Of a stretch of 64,000 nt of DNA, positions 39,406 through 50,047 are shown one piece after another. Position 1 is the stretch's first letter. Each line of letters starts with the position of its first letter. The notes below the pieces were generated by a model. It was not told the origin of the DNA. It saw only the letters and a list, made by a program, of their open reading frames with translations, and ran no database searches. A program made the position numbers and the translations under genes. The DNA is from Epiperipatus broadwayi (Eukaryota; Animalia; Onychophora): the NCBI GenBank assembly GCA_028023455.1, contig JAQFVV010000010.1:2790001-2854000 (forward strand), in the 5' to 3' direction.

Positions 39406-40172
39406 CGATTTGAAGAAATACAGACATCGAATTATAATCATATATATATATTACAAGGTTGATTATATTGAAGACTAAGAAAAATTCCAGTATTTAAAAA
39501 AAAACTGTTGCATATACTAAGCATAATTCAGAAAAGATAATTAAGAAAGGCAACTGCAGGCTAACTGCAAAAGCTAAACAGTATTATAAGAAAGACAAAA
39601 TATACTTTATAAGTAATATCAAATGTTTTGGTTCAATCAGCCATGGTAAATTATGGAATACTGTAAGAATAATTGGATGTTCCGGATTGTCATTGCAAGG
39701 TTCTCAACGAGCACTAAAAGATGATGTTGAATTATGGTAAAATAACTGGGTTTGCATTAATGAGGAAATTACTTAATGCTGCATTATTAACATCTATGCT
39801 CTTATATTCTGAAAATATAATAAAAGTTAAAGGAAAATTAGTGTGAATTCATTATTGGTGAAAAAATGACAATTACCAAATTCATCACTTCCTTTATTAT
39901 AATAAAACTAAAGTTTAAGTTTATAAGGAAGAGAAATAATTAGGAAATTATTAAAAAAATAATAAAATTGAATAATATATTTAAATTAATAGTTGTTCAT
40001 GAATATGTATGTATATAGTCAGGAATACACATGTATAATTTATATTTGTTTTGTATTATATTGTATATTTTATTTTAAAATATCTCCCCTTTTATTCTTT
40101 TCAAAATAGTTCATAATTTTCTATATATGTAAATGAATGCACCAAATTTTACTTTTTAAAAATTTGTTTTTT

Positions 40173-40800
40173 TATAATAAAAATACATCCCAACATTTCG
40201 ACTATTTTATAATACAGTCATTTTCAAGGGTCAATAAAAAATAAAATAAAAATATAAATATATAATGATAACTATCACATATTCTGAACAAATGCAAAAA
40301 CATTAAAAAATACTAAAAAAATATTTTTATCTCAGCACCTTTTCTATTACAAACCTCAACTTAATCAAATTTTTTACATTTATATGCCCATCCAAAAATA
40401 CCCTAAAAACATTTAATTAACACATCTATTCTTTTCTTTTTTCTTTTCTATTAACATTCTATTTAATTTTAGAATGTATAAAGTCATACTATGAAAGAAT
40501 AATAAATGAAGGAATTTACATTAGTGAAATTAAACCTGAATTAAATAGAATATTAATAGAAAAGAAAAAAAAAATAGATTTGTTAATTAAATGTTTTTAT
40601 GGTATTTTTGAATGGGTATATGATTAAGTTGAGATTGTTTGTAATAGAAAAGGTGTTGAGGTAAAGAAAATTTTTTAATGTTTTTGCATTTGTTTGGAAT
40701 ATGTGATATTTATTATTATATATTTGTATTTTATTTTTTAGTGTTCCTTGAAAAAGAGTATTATAAAATAGTTGAAATGTAGGGGTGTATTTTTATTATA
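40173..40800. mobile_element. Penelope-like 3' end with inverted pseudo-LTR (foldback)
   Basis: Arms ~40173-40470 and ~40543-40800. The spacer encodes SYYERIINEGIYISEIKPELNR (GIY-YIG C-terminus). Both arms end in a TTGAAAA...GAAATG hammerhead-like motif. Confidence 0.75.
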
Positions 40801-41646
40801 CACCTGGGTCTCGTTTTATGCGGTAGATAGGTTCCACAGAAAACCCGCATTAAAAAAAATCGCACAAAAATAGACTTAACTTACCTTAAAAATGGGGGAT
40901 AGGGTCTGTAATTTTCAGAATTCACATAAAAGCAAAGCAACAAGGAAAAATTACTTTAAAATTTGCATTAAAAAAATAAGGAAATAAAGTATGACTAATA
41001 AAAAATATCAAATATTCAAAAAAAATTGGTACAAGACAACTTTTTTTACTTTTTTTTAATTAACTACAGTATTTAATTTGACATGTTTTCATACATATTT
41101 TTTGATGATATGCAGTTCGTTTGTAAACTGGTAAGAAATCAGATTCATCAATGTGGTGTGATGTAGCTTCTCCTTGAACAAAGTCAAGAATCTCTCAGCA
41201 ATTATGCCCAGAGAAACTTGTTAGCCACTTTATTTTCCATTCCCCACTCTAAGTTTTCCCATATTCTGCTCCATCCCATTTACACAACTAATACCAATTT
41301 CAGTCTTGTGCTGTGTTAATGGTTTTCTGTTGACAACTGATTTTTACTACTGAAATAAATTTTAAATGTTCACATTTTGTTTTTATATTAAAAAGTGAGA
41401 TCATAATCAAAACAAAAAGATTATACATTATCATTAGAAATATTATTTTCAGTTTATAAAATCGTTATTTATTTTAAAAATCTACATTATTTATTTTTAA
41501 TAACTGAAACACACATCTTATTATATACCTGTGTCAATATATGTAATATATAGGATATATGAGCACAGACTTTCACACACCCCGTCACTCTCCACCCTAT
41601 CTCATAACACTGATACATTTGAACACATATATGTTGAAAAGATAAA

Positions 41647-41703
41647 TAATCACCAATATACATATTTCATGCTAAACCAGCAATCATCAGTTGGTCCAGA
41701 TTA
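41647..41703 (-). ncRNA. Type I hammerhead ribozyme (best-preserved copy)
   Basis: rc: TAATC-TGG-ACCAA CTGATGA TTGCTG-GTT-TAGCAT GAAA TATGTA TA/TTGGT-GATTA. Core CUGAUGA, GAAA and UH are intact; helix I is 5+5 bp with a 3-nt bulge; helix II has a basal U.U mismatch. Confidence 0.8.
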
Positions 41704-42036
41704 CCATCTCTACACATATATGCTATAAGTGCTCAGATATATTTTAAGGTAGCCAATCCTCATACTTTAATGGACAGGCTTCAATCTACTCCATACTCCA
41801 ACTCTTCAACTGTCCATCCAACTGAAAATCTGATGATGAAATGCTCAAAGGCCACCCTAAGGCCTAGATTCTTTTCACACCCATGTTGACCTAAGGTCAA
41901 TCTGACCCCTCATGTACAGGACATAATCCATTTAATAACATATACAAGGGATGGGCAGACATCTCTACTATGTGGAGTAGATTGAAGCCTGTTCATTAAA
42001 GTATGAGGATTGGCTGTTTAATATGTGTAGAGATGG

Positions 42037-42093
42037 TAATCTGGACCAACTGATGATTGCTGGTTTAACATGAAATACGTACATTGGTGATTA
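42037..42093 (+). ncRNA. Type I hammerhead ribozyme copy with U16.1->C substitution
   Basis: TAATC-TGG-ACCAA CTGATGA TTGCTGGTTTAACAT GAAA TACGTA CA TTGGT GATTA. Retains the palindromic TACGTA in helix III. Confidence 0.72.
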
Positions 42094-44353
42094 TTTATTT
42101 TTTCAACATATATGTGTTCAAGTGTATCAGTGTTAGGAGATAGGGTGGAGAGTGACTGGGTGTGTGAAAGTCTGTGCTCATATACCCTTTATATTATTTA
42201 TTTCTGTTATACTTAACAAAGTACGTTTTAAAAGTTTAAAATTTTTGAATATTTATTGCGATATTTTTATATGTAAGTATAAATCTATTATTATTATTTA
42301 CTCATTAGTATAAGTAGGTTATTTATTCTAAATACAGCTTCAGGTCATATTCACGTTAGCTGCTAATATAACATTATATTTTTGAAAAAAAAAAAGTATT
42401 TCAAGTCAAAATAAGTTATTAATAATTTAAATTTCTTGATATCTAATAAATATAGTGAAATATGAAAAATATTAAGAAGAAACATGAATCGCATAACTTC
42501 AAAATCGCATTAAAATAATCCGCATAAAACGAGACTCATGTGTAGTCATATAAAAAACAAGTTTTTAAAAATAAGTTTGGTATATTCATTCACATTTATT
42601 TTATGTTAAGTGGATTATTTTATTTGAGTTTGATTATATATATTTCAGTTTTATTATATATATATTTTATTAATTTTATTGTTTACATTTTTTATGGTAT
42701 TTTTTATATAGTTATGTATTTTATTTTGTTCATTATATCATATCTCTAAAGAAGACTGCAGGACAGTCGAAACATAAAATTGTCTATGCATATAAGTACA
42801 ATGAAAGGTTTTTGCTAAATAAATTGCATTTATATAAAAATCTTTAGTGTATTTATGGTGACACACACAGTTGAAAATGAAAGAAAAATTAAAAAATTGT
42901 GCTACAGTGAAGGGAGTAAAATTGATGATTTTAAGAATGTAGACAATTTTAATATTCATAGGCAAAGCATAGAAGATGCTGATTTTTTTTACCTAAAAAA
43001 AAAACAAAAACTTAGATACAAAGATTTATCTTAAAAAGCATTTATCGCATTCTCTAGCATTCCTTGAATATGAAAATTCGATAAGAAAGAAACTTATGAA
43101 AATTATTGATATCTTTAAACAATAAGATTTATATATATAATCAGTTTTTTATATATATTTTTCTCATTTTCTCTCATTCAAAAGAAATTGACATCTGCTC
43201 AATGTGTCTTCATTGTATATTTTTAGGTATTTGTTTAACAACTTTTTGAAATATGTTTGCCAGTCTAATATTTTATTTGAAAGTAGGTTATTTGTTTTGA
43301 TATCTATATCATTTTAGGCATCACTTGGTTTTGTTTTTTCTTATAAGGTTTCTTTAAATACAATATTTGTTTTTAAAATATCATTATTAATAACCTTTGT
43401 GATGTTCTACATTTCTTATTTGTAAAATCATTTTTCTAGCATTCAATTTCTCTAGTGTTTGTGTCTATTCTATAATTTTATATAGTTTTGTTTTTGATCA
43501 CAAAATGAACTTATATTAAATATCGATCAGGAATGCTCTTTTATTTTATTTTTTTTTGCTAGATATTTCGTTTGAAATTATTGATTTTGACAGTTTACTA
43601 CAAAATTTGCCATTATTCTGTTTAACACTTTTTTTTTACTTAACATTATTAATTAGAAGGATTTGAACTCAGACTTTCAAAATCAGTGTAGACAATATAT
43701 TTGTGTTTAAATATTAATATTGTTAAATATTTGATTTTCTTATAGTGTAATATCAAGCCAGTCTAATTTTTCTCAAGTTTTTGCATCATATATTTTTATT
43801 GTATTCATTGGTATCTATTAAAATCTGATCATTCACAAAAAGTTGAGCAATATTAGTTACATTTAACAGTCGTGTAAACAACTGGTTTTTGAATTAGAAT
43901 CGTATTTCTTAAGAAACATTAAGACTAGATTTAAAAAATGTATTTTTGTCATAGTATAAGCCAATCTATTGTTAGGAAAAGATAATACTTAGGAAAATTG
44001 AAGATAAAAGCAGAATAAATAACTATGATGTATACAAATCAAGGATCCCTTAAATTGAATGTGTCAGTGAAAATTCTAATAACTCACATGTTTAATAGAT
44101 AAGAAATTACCAAGAATCAGTATTCACCTCATGAACCTAATTTCACCTTAGCTGATTTTATAAATATTTTATGTTTGTAAAAAACAGCTATCACATGAAG
44201 ATTTAAGGATTTTATTTTAATTTAAAGATTTATTTTTATAATTATATATTAACATCTAAATTTTTAATTTACTTAATAATATTAATTATTTTTATGTATA
44301 TATAATTATTTGGTATAATTAAAATTGTTAAATAAAAATTTTATATTATTTAG

Positions 44354-44443
44354 TCGTTATAAGGCACTTGAAAGTATGATGCAAGAAACAATCAAGAAAA
44401 GCTTAGAAATCAAAGAAGAAAAAATTCAGTCTTTAGAGAGTAG
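44354..44443 (+). CDS. Girdin: Girdin coding exon 9 in window
   Basis: AG acceptor and GTaagt donor. (D)RYKALESMMQETIKKSLEIKEEKIQSLES(R) resembles RYKLLESKLESTLKKSLEIKEEKIAALEAR. Confidence 0.96.
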
Positions 44444-45229
44444 GTAAGTAAAAATATATTCACTCATGAAGTAATGTATATGTATTGTATACTATAAAGG
44501 ATTTAGATTATTATCATATACTTGTTGCATGAAGATTATAATAATAGGATTTGAAAAGATTAATATCTCTTTACTAAAAGTTGTGTAATATTGATGTCTT
44601 TGATCACTTACGTTCATAATTTGCCATTAGGAAGCAGTTTCTGGTAACTGTGAATTTGGGATATGAAAGAATGCAATTTATGAAATGTAACAGTTTTGCA
44701 CATTTTATATAAAAAATTATATATATTTTTTTTAAATTAAATTAACTGGAGGATTATGCTATCTGGATATGTGATTTCACAAATAATGAATAAAATAATC
44801 CAATGGTTTACGTTTTGTGAATTAATTAGAAGTTCAAGCTCTGAAAGTGACATAATCGGAGCCCGCCGCAATTCATGGATATTGAATTTCTGAGCGCACC
44901 ATGCGCAGGGCATTTCATAGTCAATGGACAACAAGTCCTGAACTTTTATTTTTTAGTTTGAAAATATCTTAACACTCAGTTCCCAAAATTTAAAACAGAC
45001 ATGTTTTTATTTTTTCACCATTTTTCTTATATTTATTATGCTGCCACAATATTATTTAATTAATCTGAGATTATGGATAATCCTGGTTATTATACTAGAG
45101 AAATTATACATATGCAATTTTTTTTGCATGCGTTAGTTGTCAAGTTGAAGAATTTGATCTCATTTCTGCATAATTTTCATGATTGTTTGCATATATAATT
45201 CCTAAGAAATAATCTAATTTTTTTGAAGT

Positions 45230-45850
45230 AATCTTGTATATTATCATTATTTTCAACTATTGTCAATCCACTGCAGAATGAATGCATTTTCAAGTTCAAT
45301 ACACTTTCTCTTATCCTTAGCTTCTCTTTTCCACAATACACCAGCAAACTTCCTTATTTTGTCCAACCATTGTCAATGATATCTGTTTGTTCTCTCACTC
45401 ATGTATTTATTTGTTGTCTTTTCTGTTACTCCTAACATACATTTCAATGCTCTGAAATCTGAATTGTCCTACTGGTAAACGTCCACATTTTAGATCCATA
45501 AATAAAAACTGGTAAAACATTTATTAAATATTTTAGGTTTATTTTCTTTTAACATTAAGTTATTTTTATCAAATATACTTCATCCAAATTTGAATTCTAT
45601 GACTAATTTATTAAATATGTTTTGACTTATATGGTTTTTTGTTGTTGTCATTATTGTTACTTTCTTTCTAATTCATATTTATCAATCTTTATTTTTTTTT
45701 CTGAAAAAATATATTGTACATTAATTTAATCTTTTTAGCATTTATCTTTAGTCCTACTTTTTCACCTTCATTTGATAATATTTTGCATCAGTTCCTGAAG
45801 CTTTGAAGCATTATTTGCAAAAACAACCATATCATCTCCAACATTAATAT
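45230..45850 (-). mobile_element. RTE LINE RT 3' fragment
   Basis: The minus strand gives DDMVVFANNASKLQELM and the RT C-terminus. Homologous to 46300-46900. Confidence 0.75.
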
Positions 45851-47045
45851 TAATAATTAAAAAAGATGATAATAGAAATTACAGACCAGATAATTAACAA
45901 CTCGTCTACAGCAAACTTCGGATATTAATCAATCAAAAGAACAAACAATGTAAAAATAGTTTTAGTACAATGGATTATATCTAAGTATTAAGAGAAGTTA
46001 TAGAAAGGACCAATGAATATGATTTACCATTATATTTTGGATTTGTAGATTATGAAAAAGCATTTCATTATCAGTGATTTTGTCATATTCTGAAGAATAT
46101 TTATAAAAATGCAACAGCAACAATTAGATTACTTAATGATACTATGAAGATTATTATTGAGAAAGATTTATGACAGGGTGACTCCATATCTCCAGAACTT
46201 TTTACAGCAGTTTTGCAAGAAGTATTTTGTGATTAAAATGGTAAACTAAGGGAGTAAAAGCAAATGGAGATTATTTAAGTCATTTAGATTTTATAGATGA
46301 TGTAGTTGTTTTTTGAAAATAATGCTTTAAATCTTCAGGAAATGTTGCAAGAATTATAAGATGAAAGTAAGAAAGTAGAACTAAAGGTAAATATTAAAAA
46401 AATTAAAGTAATGTTCAATGGATTTTCTCAAAAGATGAAAATAAAGATTGATTATGATGAGTTAGAAGAAGTTAATAACCAAAAATATCTTGATCATTTT
46501 ATATGGAAACATAGTGAATGAAATTAATCATAGAATTCAAATACTTTTAACTTAATATTAAAAGGAAATATGCTTATCTGTTTGCAGAGGAAGTTTTTTA
46601 ATAAATGTGTGTGACCAGTTCTTACTTCAAGATTTGAGACTTGGACACTTAACAGAAGAGCAGTACAGAGACTTCAGACTGCTCAGTGAAGTATAGAGAG
46701 ATGTATGTTAGGAGTAACAAGAAGAGATTGAAAATGAAATACATGAGTGAGATAACAAGCAAGTGTTACTGACATTATTGAAAGAATTGAGACTGAAATG
46801 AAGTTGCGCTGGACATATTGCTAGAAGAGATGATAATAGATGGACAGTTGAAATTTTATATTGGATTCCAAGATATTGTAAAAGACATAGAAAGAGATTG
46901 CATGTGAAATGGATAGACAAAAATAAGGAAGGGTGCTATCATGATAAGGAGAATAGAGTCTAGAGATCAGAGAAAATAGATTGAACTTGGAGAGATCTTC
47001 ATCCTCCAGTGGATTGATAATGGTTAAAAATGATGATAATAATGA
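45850..47045 (+). mobile_element. RTE LINE RT to 3' end
   Basis: NYRP and VLREVIERTNEYDLPLYFGFVDYEKAF motifs. Tail cagtggattgataatgg...atgatgataataatgat. Confidence 0.85.
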
Positions 47046-47229
47046 TAGAGCTGTATTGCTTATATAAAAGGAATTAAATGTGTTCTAAAACACTATAATA
47101 TGAAACAGCATAAACCATCGATCAGAAACTATCCAAGCTTAAGAATTCAATCCCACTTGAGATAGTGCTTATGAAATTTCATGTGGAGTTTGTGAAGTCT
47201 TTTATGGGGGTATGAGCAATTACTATAGC

Positions 47230-47640
47230 ATTCATTATCATCAGCAGTTTTATTCTAAATTATGAATATTGGTCATAATATCGATTTTTCAAAAAAAATC
47301 AGAATCCTATCCAGATGTGACACTCTCCCACCAATGTAAGATCAGAGAAGCCATTGAGATTCTTAAAATACTAGATTATGTAAACAAATATGATGATACA
47401 AGTAAACTATAAAAATCCATTAATCTGAATTGTTTTGATTTTTTTTTTTAAATTTTTTACATTCCAACTTTTTTATATTTTAAAAAATTTCTGTTCTTGT
47501 TTTCTTTTAGTTGAATCTTTAATCTTGTGATACATCAATGTTTGCAGTGTCTCTACAACAGTTTTTATAATAGCATTCATTACTCAGTTGATGGATAGTA
47601 AGAGCCAGCTGAAATATCAGTGCATTAATACTATTAATGG
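47230..47640 (+). mobile_element. Penelope-like 3' fragment
   Basis: GHNIDFSKKIRILSRCD and CKIREAIEILKILDYVNKYDD (GIY-YIG C-terminus), followed by an AT-rich UTR. Confidence 0.7.
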
Positions 47641-47690
47641 ATGAATCCTGATAATGTCATTTATAATTATTTATTATATATATATATAAA

Positions 47691-47872
47691 TCAACCCTTA
47701 AGCAATCGACAATCTCAACCTGTAGTCAAGGCAAAAAAAAAGTTATATAGGTAGCTGACTAGAGTACAAATAGTCAGAAAATGATATTTTGTACTCCAGA
47801 CAATTGCCTATATAACTTCTTTTTTTTTTTGCTTTGACTACAGGTTGAGATTGTTGATAGCTTAAAGGTTGA
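47691..47872. repeat. Foldback hairpin (~83-bp arms, ~16-nt loop)
   Basis: tcaacccttaagcaatcgacaatctcaacctgtagtcaaggc...gctttgactacaggttgagattgttgatagcttaaaggttga. Confidence 0.85.
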
Positions 47873-49899
47873 CTGTTACCTATTATAACTTTATATCCTA
47901 ACAATAATTCATCAATTATATATATATATAATTATCATTTTATAATAATTGCTATTATACACTAATATGTCCTTTAGCTTTAACATAGGGAAGTACATAT
48001 AATAAAAGAACAAACCATATATTATGACTAAGTCTGGAAGTGTAATTCTTGCTCTCCAGATCACATGAGATCTAAATTTATCCCCTGGTAAAAACTACAA
48101 TTACTAAGTTCAATTATTAGTATTTAATATCACTAGATAATTGATTACATTATTAATAGAATATACAATTTATAATATATACATGAACCTGAAGGTATAA
48201 CAAAATGATAATAAAGATCTGTACCACCTATCCAGTAGATAGGCTTGCTTTTTATACATTCGAAAGCAAGTTCTCCACAATAGGAGCTTAAGATACATAT
48301 GGTGTCATCCAGCACCAAGGTTTAAAGTCCATTCATACACATGAAGTTTTTTCATACGAGTGAGTCTCTTTTTGCACTTGGCTGGCATAAATTGTTTAAT
48401 TTCTTCTCTTCTGATTGGTTTCTATTTCCGATCCCAACGATAAGATAATTAATTAATTTATTCATGATACATCCTTGACTGTGGAATTTTACAACTAATT
48501 AGTTCTATTGACTTACTTTTAGATTCTTGAATGGTTACTAATGACCAAATCTGGAGCTCTCAATCATTTAATTATTTTAGGTCTATATATATTTATTGAA
48601 GGAATTTATTACTTAAAACTAGAGTTTAACTAATTATTATTTCACTCTACTTAGGAATTAATCTTTTCTGATCTCATTTTACTATTTATTATTTTTTCAG
48701 TTTTACTAATCTTTGAAATACTAAATTTTAAGTTAATGAGTATATCTATTTATATATATACTTATATACATACATAACATTATGCAATAAATGATTTCAT
48801 CATAATAAATATAGAAATGATTGAGTACAATTTTGACACAGAGTACGATTTCATTTCAAAACTTGACACATGACTTTCAGAACATGCTATAATTTGCTTG
48901 ATGATTTTTGAAATTTAAAATTAAATCCTACTCTGTGTCAAAGTTATAATTGTTTATATGTATTATAATGGAAATGCATAGTGAGGGCAATAACGTGTAT
49001 GTACAGCCATAAATTGATGAGAAAAATTATGCAACTGAATAAGTAACTCTTACAATTATATATCTGGTCATATTTTGATGAGCTAATTTATGTTACTGAA
49101 TATGTTGATAGAACTGGAAAAAAAATCAATAGTTAACTTCCCTTCATAATTACAAATACTAATGTGTAAACCACACTAGTGCAACTATTTTGGGTCATGA
49201 TAAAAATATAATAATTTATGTTGAAGGTGAACAGACTGATTTTAGGCTTCAAATAATGTCCCAAATTCTATGTACAAACGTGATAGATGTAGGATGTGAA
49301 GTTACGAAAATTGTTTAACTAAAAAAATATTAAATACTATGAATATGTCTTCCTAATATTTTATTATTAAATTTTTATAAGATTTTTTTTTTTTATCAAT
49401 ATTGATATAGGGGATTTCAACTCAGACTTTCAAGCCACTTCATTACCTATAAGTGCTGGTTTAGCACAAAATACTTATATTGGTAATTACTTATCTTTTT
49501 TGCATGTGTGTGGTCATGTGTATCAGTAGTATAAGAAAGTGTGGATAGTGAAATGGCTTGAAAGTCTGAGTTCAAATCTCATATTTACACTTAGGCTCCA
49601 GGTTTAAGAGTGACTGATATTTCAAACCTTACATATTAAGACTGCATTCTGCCCATCCCTCTATGTATTTAAATGGTTACTGTCCTATACGTGAGGGATC
49701 AGAATGACTTCCGATCAACATGGGTATGACAACAATATTGGCATTAGCATGGGATTTGGGAATTCTATCATCAGATTTTCAATGGTATGGATGGTGGAAG
49801 AGTCGGAGGTTGGAGTAGGTTGAAGCCTGTCCATTAAAGTGTAAGGATTTGCTATCTTTTTATAAACTGAGCACTGATTATATATATGTATGGGAGATG

Positions 49900-49958
49900 A
49901 TAATCTGGACCTACTGTTGAGTTCTGGTTTAGCACAAAATATGTATAATGGTGATTAT
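49900..49958 (+). ncRNA. Degenerate type I hammerhead (A6U, G12A)
   Basis: ATAATC-TGG-ACCTA CTGTTGA GTTCTG-GTT-TAGCAC AAAA TATGTA TA ATGGT GATTAT. Confidence 0.6.
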
Positions 49959-50013
49959 TTATCTTTTCTGCATGTGTGTGGTCATGTGTATCAGTAATAT
50001 AAGATAGTATGGG

Positions 50014-50047
50014 TAGTGAAGTGGCTTGAAAGTCTGAGTTCAAATCC
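50014..50047 (+). promoter_or_regulatory. Pol III A-box/B-box-like motifs inside the 468-nt unit
   Basis: TAGTGAAGTGG (A-box TRGYNNARTGG) and GAGTTCAAATCC (B-box GTTCRANNC), repeated at 49546-49579. The spacing is only 11 nt. Confidence 0.4.

Larger units (their letters stand above)
41535..42190. mobile_element. Retrozyme-like repeat copy R2: minus-strand monomer plus inverted partial copy
   Basis: 41551-41790 is the reverse complement of 41990-42184. Each arm has a hammerhead fold. Confidence 0.8.
40801..42542. mobile_element. pogo/Tc1-like MITE, copy B (opposite orientation to A), with nested R2
   Basis: TA-CACCTGGGTCTCGTTTTATGCG...CGCATAAAACGAGACTCATGTG-TA. About 0.7 kb of extra sequence at ~41470-42195. 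Confidence 0.88.

Noticed and set aside
41531-41728. Recurrent peptide HTxxEKINNHxYTYFxLNQxSxVGPDYHL (also 49852..50097 and 60704..60979)
   Set aside because: It is the translation of the antisense strand of the hammerhead repeat; the similarity comes from DNA homology, and other copies have stops and frameshifts.
41831-41850. CTGATGATGAAATGCTC as a second hammerhead in the 468-nt unit
   Set aside because: No helix II, no complementary helix I, and not conserved in the other copies.
47583-47625. Possible hammerhead at the 3' end of the 47.2-kb PLE
   Set aside because: The core reads TTGATGG and the helices do not pair convincingly.
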